56,739 nt of DNA from contig CAVOMX010000003.1 in assembly GCA_963697165.1 (NCBI GenBank), positions 1 through 56,739 on the forward strand, written 5' to 3'. The notes beneath the pieces are model-generated. The model was not told where the DNA came from and did no database searches. It saw nothing but the letters and a program-made list of their open reading frames with translations. This DNA is from Candidatus Bathyarchaeota archaeon. GTDB taxonomy: Archaea > Thermoproteota > Bathyarchaeia > Bathyarchaeales > Bathyarchaeaceae. This document shows positions 31,762 through 41,227 of this stretch, piece after piece. Within the stretch, counting starts at the first letter, position 1, and each line of letters opens with the position of its first letter. A program made the translations under genes and the position numbers.

Positions 31762-32334
31762 CTATTTATAAAGGCTTGCTTCATCATCGCCGCTTTTAAG
31801 TTTCTTTCTCACCGAAGGCGCCAATTCAATGGCTACAATAACTATTATCCATAAGGCAATGAATGCGACTTTAATTTCAGTGTCCGAAAAAAACAGTGCA
31901 ATGTGACCCAGCCACGGCACTTTCCCCAGATACCTGCCAATGATTTCGCTCTCTTCCACTGACCTTGCGTCGGGCCAATCGTTGTTATCACCCCATGTTT
32001 TAAAGCTGTACGTTCCATCGTCATTTAGGACCTTTTCCACTGCTCTGTGCACAATCCGTTCATTTCCTCTGTAAAATACGATTATGTCACCGGGCGGATC
32101 AACATCTTTAGTTGCTGCATAAATGTCAGCGGTGTTCTTTACTCCTTCAATAAGTATAAGATCGCCCTTATATAATACAGGCTCCATGCTTTGTGAAGCA
32201 ACAGCTAAAATAGGGTTTTCAGTTCTGAAGACAATAGTTAAACTATACCAGAAAATCAAGACAGCAAGTATCGCAACAATTACCATCAAAGTAGTCTGTA
32301 CGTAGTCTCTCTTTAGTACCTCACGCAAATTCAT
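31762..32334 (-). CDS. sec11: Signal peptidase I (Sec11 type)
   Basis: VASQSMEP..GDL, GDIIVF..IVHR, T.GDNN, flanking TM helices. Confidence 0.93.
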   Translation of the reverse strand: MNLREVLKRDYVQTTLMVIVAILAVLIFWYSLTIVFRTENPILAVASQSMEPVLYKGDLILIEGVKNTADIYAATKDVDPPGDIIVFYRGNERIVHRAVEKVLNDDGTYSFKTWGDNNDWPDARSVEESEIIGRYLGKVPWLGHIALFFSDTEIKVAFIALWIIVIVAIELAPSVRKKLKSGDDEASLYK

Positions 32335-32435
32335 GGCAAGTCTTAGCTCCGGTAAGCTTAGAAGTTTTTAGTTTCCCCTTTCATTCCAGAACATAAAAAC
32401 CTAGCGCCTAAAAAAATAAAAAAAAGGATAATGTG

Positions 32436-32535
32436 GACCTTAGAGTTCGTATATGTTCTGATTTTTCTTCCTTCAGGTACCGCCAGCTATCAACTGACGT
32501 TTCGCTGCACTCGTTGACCCACAGACCTCAAGGTC
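32436..32535 (-). ncRNA. Candidate structured RNA in the 3' UTR of the Cren7-like gene
   Basis: Closing stem GACCUUGAG/CUCUAAGGUC, inner GUGC/GUAC and CGUCAGUU/AGCUGGCG stems, CUGA/UCAG hairpin, then a U-tract. Confidence 0.4.
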
Positions 32536-32541
32536 GGGGCA

Positions 32542-32712
32542 TTAGATCTTTTGTTTGTTTAAGACAACCTTGAAGGATTTGTTGCAGCTGGGGCAATCGA
32601 AAAGTCCTATTGTTAGTTGTGTTCTCTTTCCTGCCTTATCTGGGCGACCAGCCATCTTCCAGCTTTTTCTGGGGTTGGCAACTTCAGCTCCACAGTTTTT
32701 ACATTTAGCCAT
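32542..32712 (-). CDS. Cren7-like chromatin protein with Zn-ribbon cysteines (56 aa; absent from the ORF track)
   Basis: MAKCKNCGAEVANPRKSWKMAGRPDKAGKRTQLTIGLFDCPSCNKSFKVVLNKQKI; P.K.W...IGLF..P...K.F matches Cren7; SD GGAGG upstream. Confidence 0.88.
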   Translation of the reverse strand: MAKCKNCGAEVANPRKSWKMAGRPDKAGKRTQLTIGLFDCPSCNKSFKVVLNKQKI

Positions 32713-32898
32713 TTATATTCCTCCCTAATGTCGTATTCATGTTTTGAATATGATGAATAAAAGATTTGCCTTCCATTCATACCCGTGAAGAACCTGATAA
32801 CCTGCTGAAGAGCCAATTTTTTAATCTGAAACACCTGATTATGGTTCCAAAATACTTTTTACAACGGGGTTGCTTTACTTGTTCGGCTTTGGTGCATA

Positions 32899-35785
32899 TT
32901 GACTTTGCCAGAGATGTCCAGAAACGTTTTCGAGGGCTTCGTTAAGCCTATCCGCAGGCTGGTTGATGAGAAAGGCTTCAAAATTCCCACTGAAACCCAA
33001 GAAAAAGCTATTCCCAAGATTCTTGAGGGAAAACATGTTCTCCTTATCTCTCCTACAGCCACTGGAAAGACTGAATCGGCTGTTCTTCCTGTTCTTGACA
33101 TGCTTCTCAGAACGCCTGAAAGAGTGCGGGGAATAAAAATTCTGTATGTTACTCCCCTCAAGGCATTGAACAGAGACATGCTTGAGCGGTTGGAGTGGTG
33201 GTGCAACAACCTTGATGTTAAGTTGGCTGTTAGGCACGGTGATACCGACGCCAAGGAGAGAACTGGGCAGTCTAGAAGCCCTCCTGATATGCTGATTACT
33301 ACACCTGAAACGTTGCAGGCTATTTTGCCGGGGAGACTGATGCGTCAGCATCTTAGTTCAGTGCGTTGGGTAATAGTGGATGAGGTTCATGAGCTGGCGG
33401 ACAGCAAACGGGGAAGCCAACTGTCTTTGGCTCTTGAACGGCTACGTTGGGTAACAGGAAGAGACTTTCAGCGTATCGGCTTATCTGCCACGATTGGCAG
33501 CCCAATGAAGGTTGCCCAGTTTCTGGTCGGATCTGAGCGTGAAGTCGAAATATTGCAGGTTACTCTTGAGCGTCAAATTGACTTGAAGATACTCTTTCCG
33601 GAGCCCACACAGGAAGATTATGAGTTGGCTTCCTCCTTGTTTACTCATCCTGAGGTTGCCGCTCGCCTCCGTGTTATTCGTCGATACTTCGAAGCGCACA
33701 GGTCAGTTCTGCTTTTCACGAACACTCGTTCCATCTCAGAGGTTTTGGCGAGCCGATTCAAGGTTTGGGATGTGGATTTTCCGATTTCTATTCATCATGG
33801 CTCCTTGGCTAAGCCTTCAAGATTAGCAGCGGAGCGGGGGCTGAAAAATGGCGCGTTGAAGGGACTCGTCGCAACTTCCTCTTTGGAGCTAGGTATAGAC
33901 ATTGGTCGCATCGACATGGTGATCCAGTACATGAGTCCAAGGCAGGTTACACGGCTAGTTCAGCGTATTGGCAGAAGTGGTCACAGGGTCGGACGTACAC
34001 CAAAAGGCGTCATCATCACAATGGATTCCGATGACACCCTTGAGGCTATGGTTATAGCCCGCAAAACCATAAACGAGGAACTGGAGCCTCTGGAGGTTCC
34101 CCCAAAGCCTTTCGATGTTCTTTCGCATCAGATTGCTGGTTTGCTGATGAAGCAGAAACAGTGGAGTTTCAAAAAGATTCATGACCTCTGCACGAAAGCT
34201 TTTCCGTATGCTGATCTTACAGTGAAAGAGATCGGGAATGTTCTAGATTATATGAATAGACGTTTTCCGCGGTTTGCATGGGTTTCAGAAGAAGACAAGC
34301 TGGTCATCAAACCCCGCAACACAAAGCCGTTGTATGAATATTATTTTGATAACTTGTCTATGATTCCTGCGGAAAAGAAGTTTCTGGTTATTGATGAGGG
34401 GGAAGATTCTGCCGTGGGCGTGCTTGATGAAGCTTTTGTCGCCGAGTACGGCAAACCTGGCGTGAAATTTATTATTCAGGGTAGACCTTGGAAGATCGTA
34501 AGTGTTTCTGGCGACCAAATCCATGTGAAGCAGACTGAAGACCCAACAGGAGCAATTCCAAGCTGGATAGGTGAAGAGATTCCTGTTCCCTTCAATATTG
34601 CCCAAGAGGTCGGACAAGTCAGAGGTTTCGTGGAAAAGCAGAACAGAAACGGAAAAACAGCAGACAGAATCGCCGAGAAATTGGCTAAGAAATATCCTGC
34701 TGACCCAGAGACTGTATTGCGGGCGATTCGTGAAACTGTTGAGCATATCAAGAAAGGATATCCTGTTCCGACGGATAGACGGGTTCTGGTCGAGGATTGG
34801 CAAGACTTTGTGATACTGCAAGCCAATTTTGGGTCGTTGACGAATAGGGCTTTGGCTCAGTTGATGGGTCACATTTTGTCTGATCAGACCGGATACAGCG
34901 TTGTGGTTCAACATGACCCCTACCGTATTTTCGTTAACACAATGGGCGCCGTCGATGCCGATCGCATTATAGCTTTGTTTGATTCAATGAAAATGATGAG
35001 CGATCGGGAAATCCGAGACATTATGGTTCGTTCCACTGTAAAAACTGGCCTCTTCAAGAGGCGAATGTTTCATGTTGCCCGAAGGTTTGGTGCGTATACA
35101 GAAGTGGGTTGACTTGAGCAGAGTGAGTCTCAATAAACTGATGGAGAGTTTCCAGGACACAGCCATCTATGATGAGGCTCTAAAAGAGGTTTTTAGGAAG
35201 GACTTGGATTTGGAGCAGGCGATTAGTGTGTTGACTGCTGTTCGGGACGAAGAGATTGAGGTGCGTAAGATAGAGACTTTTGGGGATGCTTCTCCTGTTG
35301 CGCGAGTTGGAATAGAGAAAGTTAGCATGAAAACTGATTTGATTCCGCCTGAGCGGATGAAGCTTATTTTGGTGGAGTCAGCTAGGGCGCGTCTGCTTAC
35401 CGAGGTCCGAACTTTCGTTTGCCCTAAATGCTGGGATTATCTGGAGATGATACAGTTGAGTGATTTGCCTGACCATCCTGTCTGCCCCAAGTGTGGCTCC
35501 CCAGCTTTGGGAGTGCTTAGAATTGAAGAATCTGGAGTCCAGTCTTTGGTGGACAAGAGAGGAGAAAAGTTGACCAAAAGCGAACAGCAAATCAACAGTT
35601 GGACATTGAGAACGGCTAGGCTAGTTTCCAAATATGGCAAAGCCGCTGCGTTGTCCCTTTCCGGCAAAAACCTGCAAATCAGTGATGCAGAAGAAGTCTT
35701 GGAGAAAGAGAATACCCTTTCAAACCACTTTTTCGAATTAATAACAGAAGCTGAAAAGAAATCTCTAAAACGCAAATTCTGGTAA
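32899..35785 (+). CDS. lhr: Lhr-family SF2 helicase with C-terminal Zn finger (frameshift near 35095)
   Basis: PTATGKT, DEVH, LSAT, HHGSL, ATSSLELGIDIG, QRIGRSGH; second ORF has CPKC..CPKC. Confidence 0.93.
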
Positions 35786-36006
35786 CAGTTTTCTAATTCG
35801 CTGCGTTTCTGTTGTTTTGTATATCATTATTTGTTTTGGCGTAAATACCTGTAGATGAAGCGTATGGGCGCGGGTCCGACATTTGTTTTTCCGTTTCTCT
35901 CGTCTCGTATCACGTCTACCTATCCTAATTGTATTCCTAATATTTTCGCGAAAACCATAAAAGCAAGCGCCTATGTATAACACAAAATTGAAGAGGAGAC
36001 TGTACT

Positions 36007-36480
36007 TTGTTTCTTGCACCTTTTGTCGCCACGCCCACGCTCGTAGTGCGTCAGATGCTTATTTTAGCTGAAGTTAAGTCAGGAGATGTCCTGTATGATC
36101 TTGGTTCAGGAGACGGTCGAGCAGTTATGATGGCTGCCAAAGACTTCGGAGCAACATCTGTGGGAGTTGAATTAAGAGACGATCTGGCAAAAAGAGCGCT
36201 AGAAAGCATTCAGAAATTCAATTTAACTGAGAAAACTCAGATTATCCAGAAGGACATATTTAATGTTGATCTGTCTTCTGCTGATGTTGTTTTCCTGTAT
36301 CTGACAACGAGTGCAAACGAAAAAATCAAGCCAAAACTAGAAGCAGAACTCAAATCGGGAACCAGAGTTGTTTCTCATGACTACGAGATTCTCGGGTGGA
36401 AAGCCAAGAAAGTTGACAATTTCTGCGAAAACCCTAAGCTAGGTTACCCATCTCATACCCTCTATGTCTACGAAGTGTAG
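36007..36480 (+). CDS. aKMT-like protein-lysine methyltransferase (class I SAM)
   Basis: PFVATP..VVRQML.LA, YDLGSGDGR, VVFLYL...NEKIKPKLEAELK.GTRVVSHD..I.GW, HTLYVY. Confidence 0.85.
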   Translation: MFLAPFVATPTLVVRQMLILAEVKSGDVLYDLGSGDGRAVMMAAKDFGATSVGVELRDDLAKRALESIQKFNLTEKTQIIQKDIFNVDLSSADVVFLYLTTSANEKIKPKLEAELKSGTRVVSHDYEILGWKAKKVDNFCENPKLGYPSHTLYVYEV

Positions 36481-36600
36481 CCTTTCTGCAGCGCTAAAAC
36501 GGTTCTAGGCTGTGCCTGAGCAGAGATCCTTAAATGTGTTGCTTATTGACTAATGCTGAAGTTTACAGAGTAGGTTTCTAATGGCTTTGGCGGATAGAGA

Positions 36601-37122
36601 ATGATTCCTGTACCTTGGAGAAACGTGAAGTCTTGGAACTGCGTCGAGTGTGGCATGTGCTGCAGAGACTATCATGTAGTTCTAAATTTTAACGAATGGA
36701 TGAACATAGTAAGAAACTTTGGTGTAGAATCTACAATACCAAGTGTAAACAAGTTGTTTCTTGGAAAGAACGGTGATGGAACTTGCTGTTTCCTAAATCA
36801 GCTTGGGAACGCTTGTGTCTGTGGGCTGCAATACACTAAACCTGTTGCTTGTAAGATCTGGCCATTCAAAATCTTTCTTGATCCCAAGTTTGGCAGCCAG
36901 AATGAGGCGCTCTACAAGTATCGGGACAGTAACTTCTTCGTTTATGTGGATCCTGCATGCACTGGATTACGTTGGGGTAAACCAGCTCAGGATTTCTTGT
37001 ATAGGACATTGCCCGAGTTCATAGATGTTGCAGTAGGTCTTCGTAAACAACAATTCTATTCTACATCAAAGATTCAAGGTCAACCCCGCCACCCAACGTT
37101 CAGAGGAAGAACCCTGATCTAG
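36601..37122 (+). CDS. YkgJ-family CxxCxxCC cysteine-cluster protein
   Basis: CVECGMCC, C.FL..C....KP.ACKIWPF, C.GL. Confidence 0.9.
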   Translation: MIPVPWRNVKSWNCVECGMCCRDYHVVLNFNEWMNIVRNFGVESTIPSVNKLFLGKNGDGTCCFLNQLGNACVCGLQYTKPVACKIWPFKIFLDPKFGSQNEALYKYRDSNFFVYVDPACTGLRWGKPAQDFLYRTLPEFIDVAVGLRKQQFYSTSKIQGQPRHPTFRGRTLI

Positions 37123-37274
37123 CTTTTTTTGCCCGTGTTTTACGGAATGTTAATCTCAAAAGAGTTGGTGGAATCCCCTTCAGCTTTTCGTTTCGTTTGT
37201 AATCTGCAAACAGCAATGTTTCTTATTTTTTTCACGTTTACTTTATAAGCAATAACGCCGTTATACCCGTGTGA

Positions 37275-37673
37275 TTGCAATTGCGACCGCCATGTGAAGT
37301 TGTTGTACGCTCGGTTCTACCCGCGTTTCGCTCTCTGGTAGCAAGGAGTCTAATAGAGAACTTCAATTTTTCTCAAGTGGCTGCGGCTAAAAAACTTGGA
37401 ACAACCCAAGCCTCCGTAAGTCATTACATCTCCTCGAAACGGGGAGAAAAGATGGTGAAACAGCTTGAAGACTCTCCCTCTGTCAGAGCCATAGTGGATG
37501 AGATCGCCGAAGGCATCGCCGCCAATAAAATTTCTCCCTTCGATGCTATGCTACAGTTCTGCAAATTATGTGAAGTTCTGCGATCCGGAGACCTCATATG
37601 TGATTGGCACAAAAATTGCTTAGCGATTCCAGAAGTCTGCAATGTTTGTCCACAACCATCCAAAAAAGGTTGA
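37275..37673 (+). CDS. HTH transcriptional regulator (COG2522-like), paralogue of 17824-18249
   Basis: PPCEVVVRSVLPAFRSLVARSL..SQ..AAKKLGTTQASVSHY..KRG; C-terminal Cys motifs. Confidence 0.85.
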   Translation: MQLRPPCEVVVRSVLPAFRSLVARSLIENFNFSQVAAAKKLGTTQASVSHYISSKRGEKMVKQLEDSPSVRAIVDEIAEGIAANKISPFDAMLQFCKLCEVLRSGDLICDWHKNCLAIPEVCNVCPQPSKKG

Positions 37674-37780
37674 CAACAATTTTTATTCGATAGTAACGTC
37701 TGATTTGCCCAAACTTTTGACCTGAAATTAGAACGGGAAAGCCACAAGAGTTATGCTCTTCTGAACATTATTGTATTTAC

Positions 37781-38290
37781 TTGGTATCGAATATGTCAAA
37801 GAAGCGCCGCAGACATCCTCTGAAAGATAAAGAGACAAAGAGGTTTCTACTAGAGGTTTCTACAAAGCTAGGAGCAGAAATTGAGCAACTGCTTGAATCA
37901 AAAGCTCGCATCGAGGTGGCTCAAACTGAAACCGTTGAAATCTTCCTCTTCAACGGAAGGCCCCTATTGGCAAAGTCAGATGGAACACTTTTTTTCACGC
38001 TGTCCTTTGAGGAAATTTTTTCATTGGTTCCAAAAATAGTGGTTGACATGGGAGCTGTGCCTTATGTTTGTAACGGAGCAGACTTGATGGCTCCCGGGAT
38101 TCTTTCCATCAACGGCGAATTTGAACAGAATGGACTTCTTATTGTTGTTGATGAGCGCCACGGTAAGCCACTAGCTGTAGGTGTAGCCATATTCAGTTCG
38201 GAAGAAATGAAAACTGTCAAGCGAGGAAAAACCGTAAAAATCCTCCATTACGTAGGCGATAAACTCTGGAACCACATTAGAGGCTATTAA
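37781..38290 (+). CDS. PUA-domain RNA-binding protein (DUF1947/MCT-1-like)
   Basis: VVDMGAVPYVCNGAD.MAPGI, K.GK.VK.LHYVGD.LW. Confidence 0.92.
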   Translation: MVSNMSKKRRRHPLKDKETKRFLLEVSTKLGAEIEQLLESKARIEVAQTETVEIFLFNGRPLLAKSDGTLFFTLSFEEIFSLVPKIVVDMGAVPYVCNGADLMAPGILSINGEFEQNGLLIVVDERHGKPLAVGVAIFSSEEMKTVKRGKTVKILHYVGDKLWNHIRGY

Positions 38291-38415
38291 CTGCAGTTTT
38301 TTGTTGTTTGTTCCGTGGATTTTCAGCAAAATTCATTAAAAAAAGTGCGGTTGTCTCACAAATAAAATGTTGTATTTTTTATGGACTTGAGCGCAAAATT
38401 TTCTTTTTGAATACT

Positions 38416-38649
38416 ATGACAAATAAAGTGGCACAGAAGAATAATGGTCGAATAATCCATGAGGATAACTCTATTCTATTTGGCGTTTTTAATGGTTTTT
38501 TGATCTTTACGACGTAGACCAGAAAGGCTGCTCCAACTAACGTTACTATCCCTATTGCAGCTGCAGCAATTTTAGTTATTGCTGTTGTCACTATGTTTTT
38601 ATTGTATTTCAAAAAACACAAAAAGAAGAACATGATTAAACGAACCTAA
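38416..38649 (+). pseudogene. Orphan surface-protein anchor fragment with in-frame TAG
   Basis: The frame continues past TAG 38515-38517 into PIAAAAILVIAVVTMFLLYFKKHKKK. Confidence 0.45.
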
Positions 38650-38773
38650 TTGCGTGTGCAATGCTTTAGTCGCGTGTATCTTTCAACAAATACATGAAAT
38701 TGATTGTTAATTAAACACGCCGCAAATCTTTTTTTATATACTGTTTCAAACCTATTTACTGGGAAGATAAATA

Positions 38774-39781
38774 ATGGATAGCTGGAAGTCTGTTTTAAAA
38801 TCTGACTCAATCGATTGGTTGTTGGAAGAGGATAACTCTTCCGTTCGGTATTTGGCCTTAACAGAACTCTTGGATAAGCCCTTTTCGGATGAGGAAGTAA
38901 AGGCAGCAAAGGATATGATTATGAAGATTGGAACTGTTCCTAAGATATTATCCAAACAAAATGACAAAGGATACTGGATGGGTCCTGATAGATTCTATTC
39001 TTCTAAATACAAAGGAGCTGTTTGGCAATTAATCATTCTGGCTGAGCTTGGAGCAGATGGGAAGAATGAGCGGGTAAGAAAGGCTTGCGAGTTTATCTTG
39101 GAATACTCTCAAGATCATGAGAGTGGTGGCTTTTCAATCTGGCATAGTATAAAGAAAGGCGGAGGGAGACATAGTGGGGTTATTCCATGTTTGACAGGAA
39201 ACATGGTTTGGAGTTTAATTAGACTTGGATACCTGCGTGATCCTAGACTTGAGCGTGGAATAAACTGGATTACTAATTATCAGAGGTTCGATGATGGGGA
39301 TTCTACTCGCCCTAAGGGCTGGCCTTATGATAAGGCTACTAGCTGTTTTGGGAAGCATTCATGTCATATGGGTGTTGTTAAGGCTCTGAGGGCTTTGGCT
39401 GAGATTCCTGTTGAAAAGAGATCAAAGAATGTTAAAGTCACTATTGAAAAAGCTGTAGATTATCTGTTGAAGCATCATGTTTACAAGAGAAGTCACAATT
39501 TGAGTCAGGTTTCAAAGCCTGGTTGGCTTCGATTTGGTTTTCCATTAATGTATCAAGATGATGTATTGGAGATTTTAGGAATCCTAACTAAGCTTGGATG
39601 TAAAGATGATAGAATGAAAGAAGCTGTAGATTTGGTTATTTCTAAACAGGATGATGATGGTCGTTGGATATTGGAAAATACTTTCAATGGGCGTTTTCAT
39701 ACTGATATTGAAACGAAAAGAGAACCTAGCAAATGGATTACATTGAATGCTTTGAGAATGTTAAAACGTTACTACACATAA
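38774..39781 (+). CDS. Prenyltransferase/squalene-cyclase-like alpha-alpha toroid protein of unknown function
   Basis: QW-like repeats QNDKGYW, QRFDDG, QDDDGRW; IPCLTGN; PSKWITLNAL. Confidence 0.75.
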   Translation: MDSWKSVLKSDSIDWLLEEDNSSVRYLALTELLDKPFSDEEVKAAKDMIMKIGTVPKILSKQNDKGYWMGPDRFYSSKYKGAVWQLIILAELGADGKNERVRKACEFILEYSQDHESGGFSIWHSIKKGGGRHSGVIPCLTGNMVWSLIRLGYLRDPRLERGINWITNYQRFDDGDSTRPKGWPYDKATSCFGKHSCHMGVVKALRALAEIPVEKRSKNVKVTIEKAVDYLLKHHVYKRSHNLSQVSKPGWLRFGFPLMYQDDVLEILGILTKLGCKDDRMKEAVDLVISKQDDDGRWILENTFNGRFHTDIETKREPSKWITLNALRMLKRYYT

Positions 39782-39999
39782 AAACCATGAAAAAACAAGC
39801 TCGGAAAAATAGATGAGCCCCTAACGTTCAGAACAAGAAAAATTGAGACAACTATTACCTTGGACATTTAGTGGCCGCCCAGAGGTTATTTTCCATATGA
39901 ATTCTAGCTTCAAAAATTCTTTTTTTAGGAGTGAAAATATGAATAGATCTGAGCCAAGTTATTACTGTGTTAAATCCTGCACTCGTAACTTTATATTTT

Positions 40000-41067
40000 T
40001 CACTGTTCAATTTTTTTAATAATTAAGTTGGAAATCGTGTTTAAAGGCCACTCAACATACGGTTTATCTATCATTAGTTGAATTTCATAAACACCTAAAA
40101 TACTAGCAATTTTTTTGTTAACATTCTCTAGATCTTCAAAATTTCTAAAAGGCGTTATCACTAAAATATCATAATTCCCAAAAAGCTGGATACTCACTAT
40201 TATATTTGGAATAAGCAATATTTGGTCAAGGATTTCTTTCGTATCATATTCATTTCTTACCTTGATCATCATAACGCCAGACCCAATATACCCCAATTTT
40301 GTTAAGTCTAAAGTAATTGAAGAAAAAGTGAGAACATTATTCCTTAATTTCTTGTATCTTTTTATTACATTGTTAGTGGAAATGCCAAGTTTTTCTGAGA
40401 TTCTTCTAAAAGAAACACGAGCGTCATTTATTACAATCTTGATCAGAGATAAATCTATATTATCCAATTGGTGGACTACATCGTTTTTGTTCCAATTTTT
40501 CTCTTGGTTATTTGGGTTCTCTGTAGATTGTAAAGCGTTCTTCTTTTCTGTGTCCATTTTAGTTAGACTAGAGGGATCGTCGATTTTTTTGATAATCAGA
40601 TTTTCAGGATGATCAGTGTCTCTAGTATTAACCCATTGTTCGGTAAATACAGATCTAACTATAGTGTTTTTTTTAATTTCTTTTATTGTTTGGGATAGTT
40701 CATCCGTATTTCTAGCAACCAAGAAACCTAAGATGTTGCTCCTGCCGGATAAGTGGGGACCATAAATAGCGATGTCTATTTGTTCCAAGAAATCTAGAAT
40801 TGCCTCCTTCTTTGTTGGATCTGCCTCAATATTTATCAATGCAACACAATAATATCCCAGACTTTTTGGGTCTATTTGCATAATTGAACCGTTGATAATC
40901 CCTGATTTGTTCATCAAAGTAAACCTGTTGTGTATTGAAGGAATTGACAGTTCACATTCTTTCGCAATTTTAGCAAAACTGGTTCGCGGTTCTTTAAGAA
41001 GTGTTTGTAAAATTCTTACATCAACATCGTCAATTTTTGGTTCAGGACTCATTTTGTTTTCTTCCAA
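40000..41067 (-). CDS. Lrp/AsnC regulator with two tandem HTH-RAM units
   Basis: IDDVDVRIL..R.SFAKIAK and LDNIDLSLI..DARVSFRRISEKLG, each followed by a LGY/RAM segment. Confidence 0.9.
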   Translation of the reverse strand: MEENKMSPEPKIDDVDVRILQTLLKEPRTSFAKIAKECELSIPSIHNRFTLMNKSGIINGSIMQIDPKSLGYYCVALINIEADPTKKEAILDFLEQIDIAIYGPHLSGRSNILGFLVARNTDELSQTIKEIKKNTIVRSVFTEQWVNTRDTDHPENLIIKKIDDPSSLTKMDTEKKNALQSTENPNNQEKNWNKNDVVHQLDNIDLSLIKIVINDARVSFRRISEKLGISTNNVIKRYKKLRNNVLTFSSITLDLTKLGYIGSGVMMIKVRNEYDTKEILDQILLIPNIIVSIQLFGNYDILVITPFRNFEDLENVNKKIASILGVYEIQLMIDKPYVEWPLNTISNLIIKKIEQ

Positions 41068-41095
41068 TTTTTATATATTTTTTATGGATAATAAC

Positions 41096-41149
41096 TTTAT
41101 TGCACAATATTAAACAATTAATTGGTAATGTATTTACTTTGTGCATAAA
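41096..41149. promoter_or_regulatory. Inverted repeat in the divergent Lrp / propeller-gene promoter
   Basis: TGCACAA (41101-41107) and TTGTGCA (41139-41145) enclose the palindrome CAATTAATTG (41115-41124). Confidence 0.45.
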
Positions 41150-41227
41150 ATTCAGTCAAATTATGAAAAATGTTAAATATAGAAAAGATAAACCTATGTC
41201 TGTAATTATCAAAAAAGAGGAAAAAAA

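Noticed and set aside
32613..32834. ORF-track 73-aa protein
   Set aside because: It overlaps the Cren7-like gene in another frame; the latter has the SD and family motifs
38774..39781. NifH (a common mislabel for this family)
   Set aside because: No P-loop or nitrogenase Fe-protein motifs
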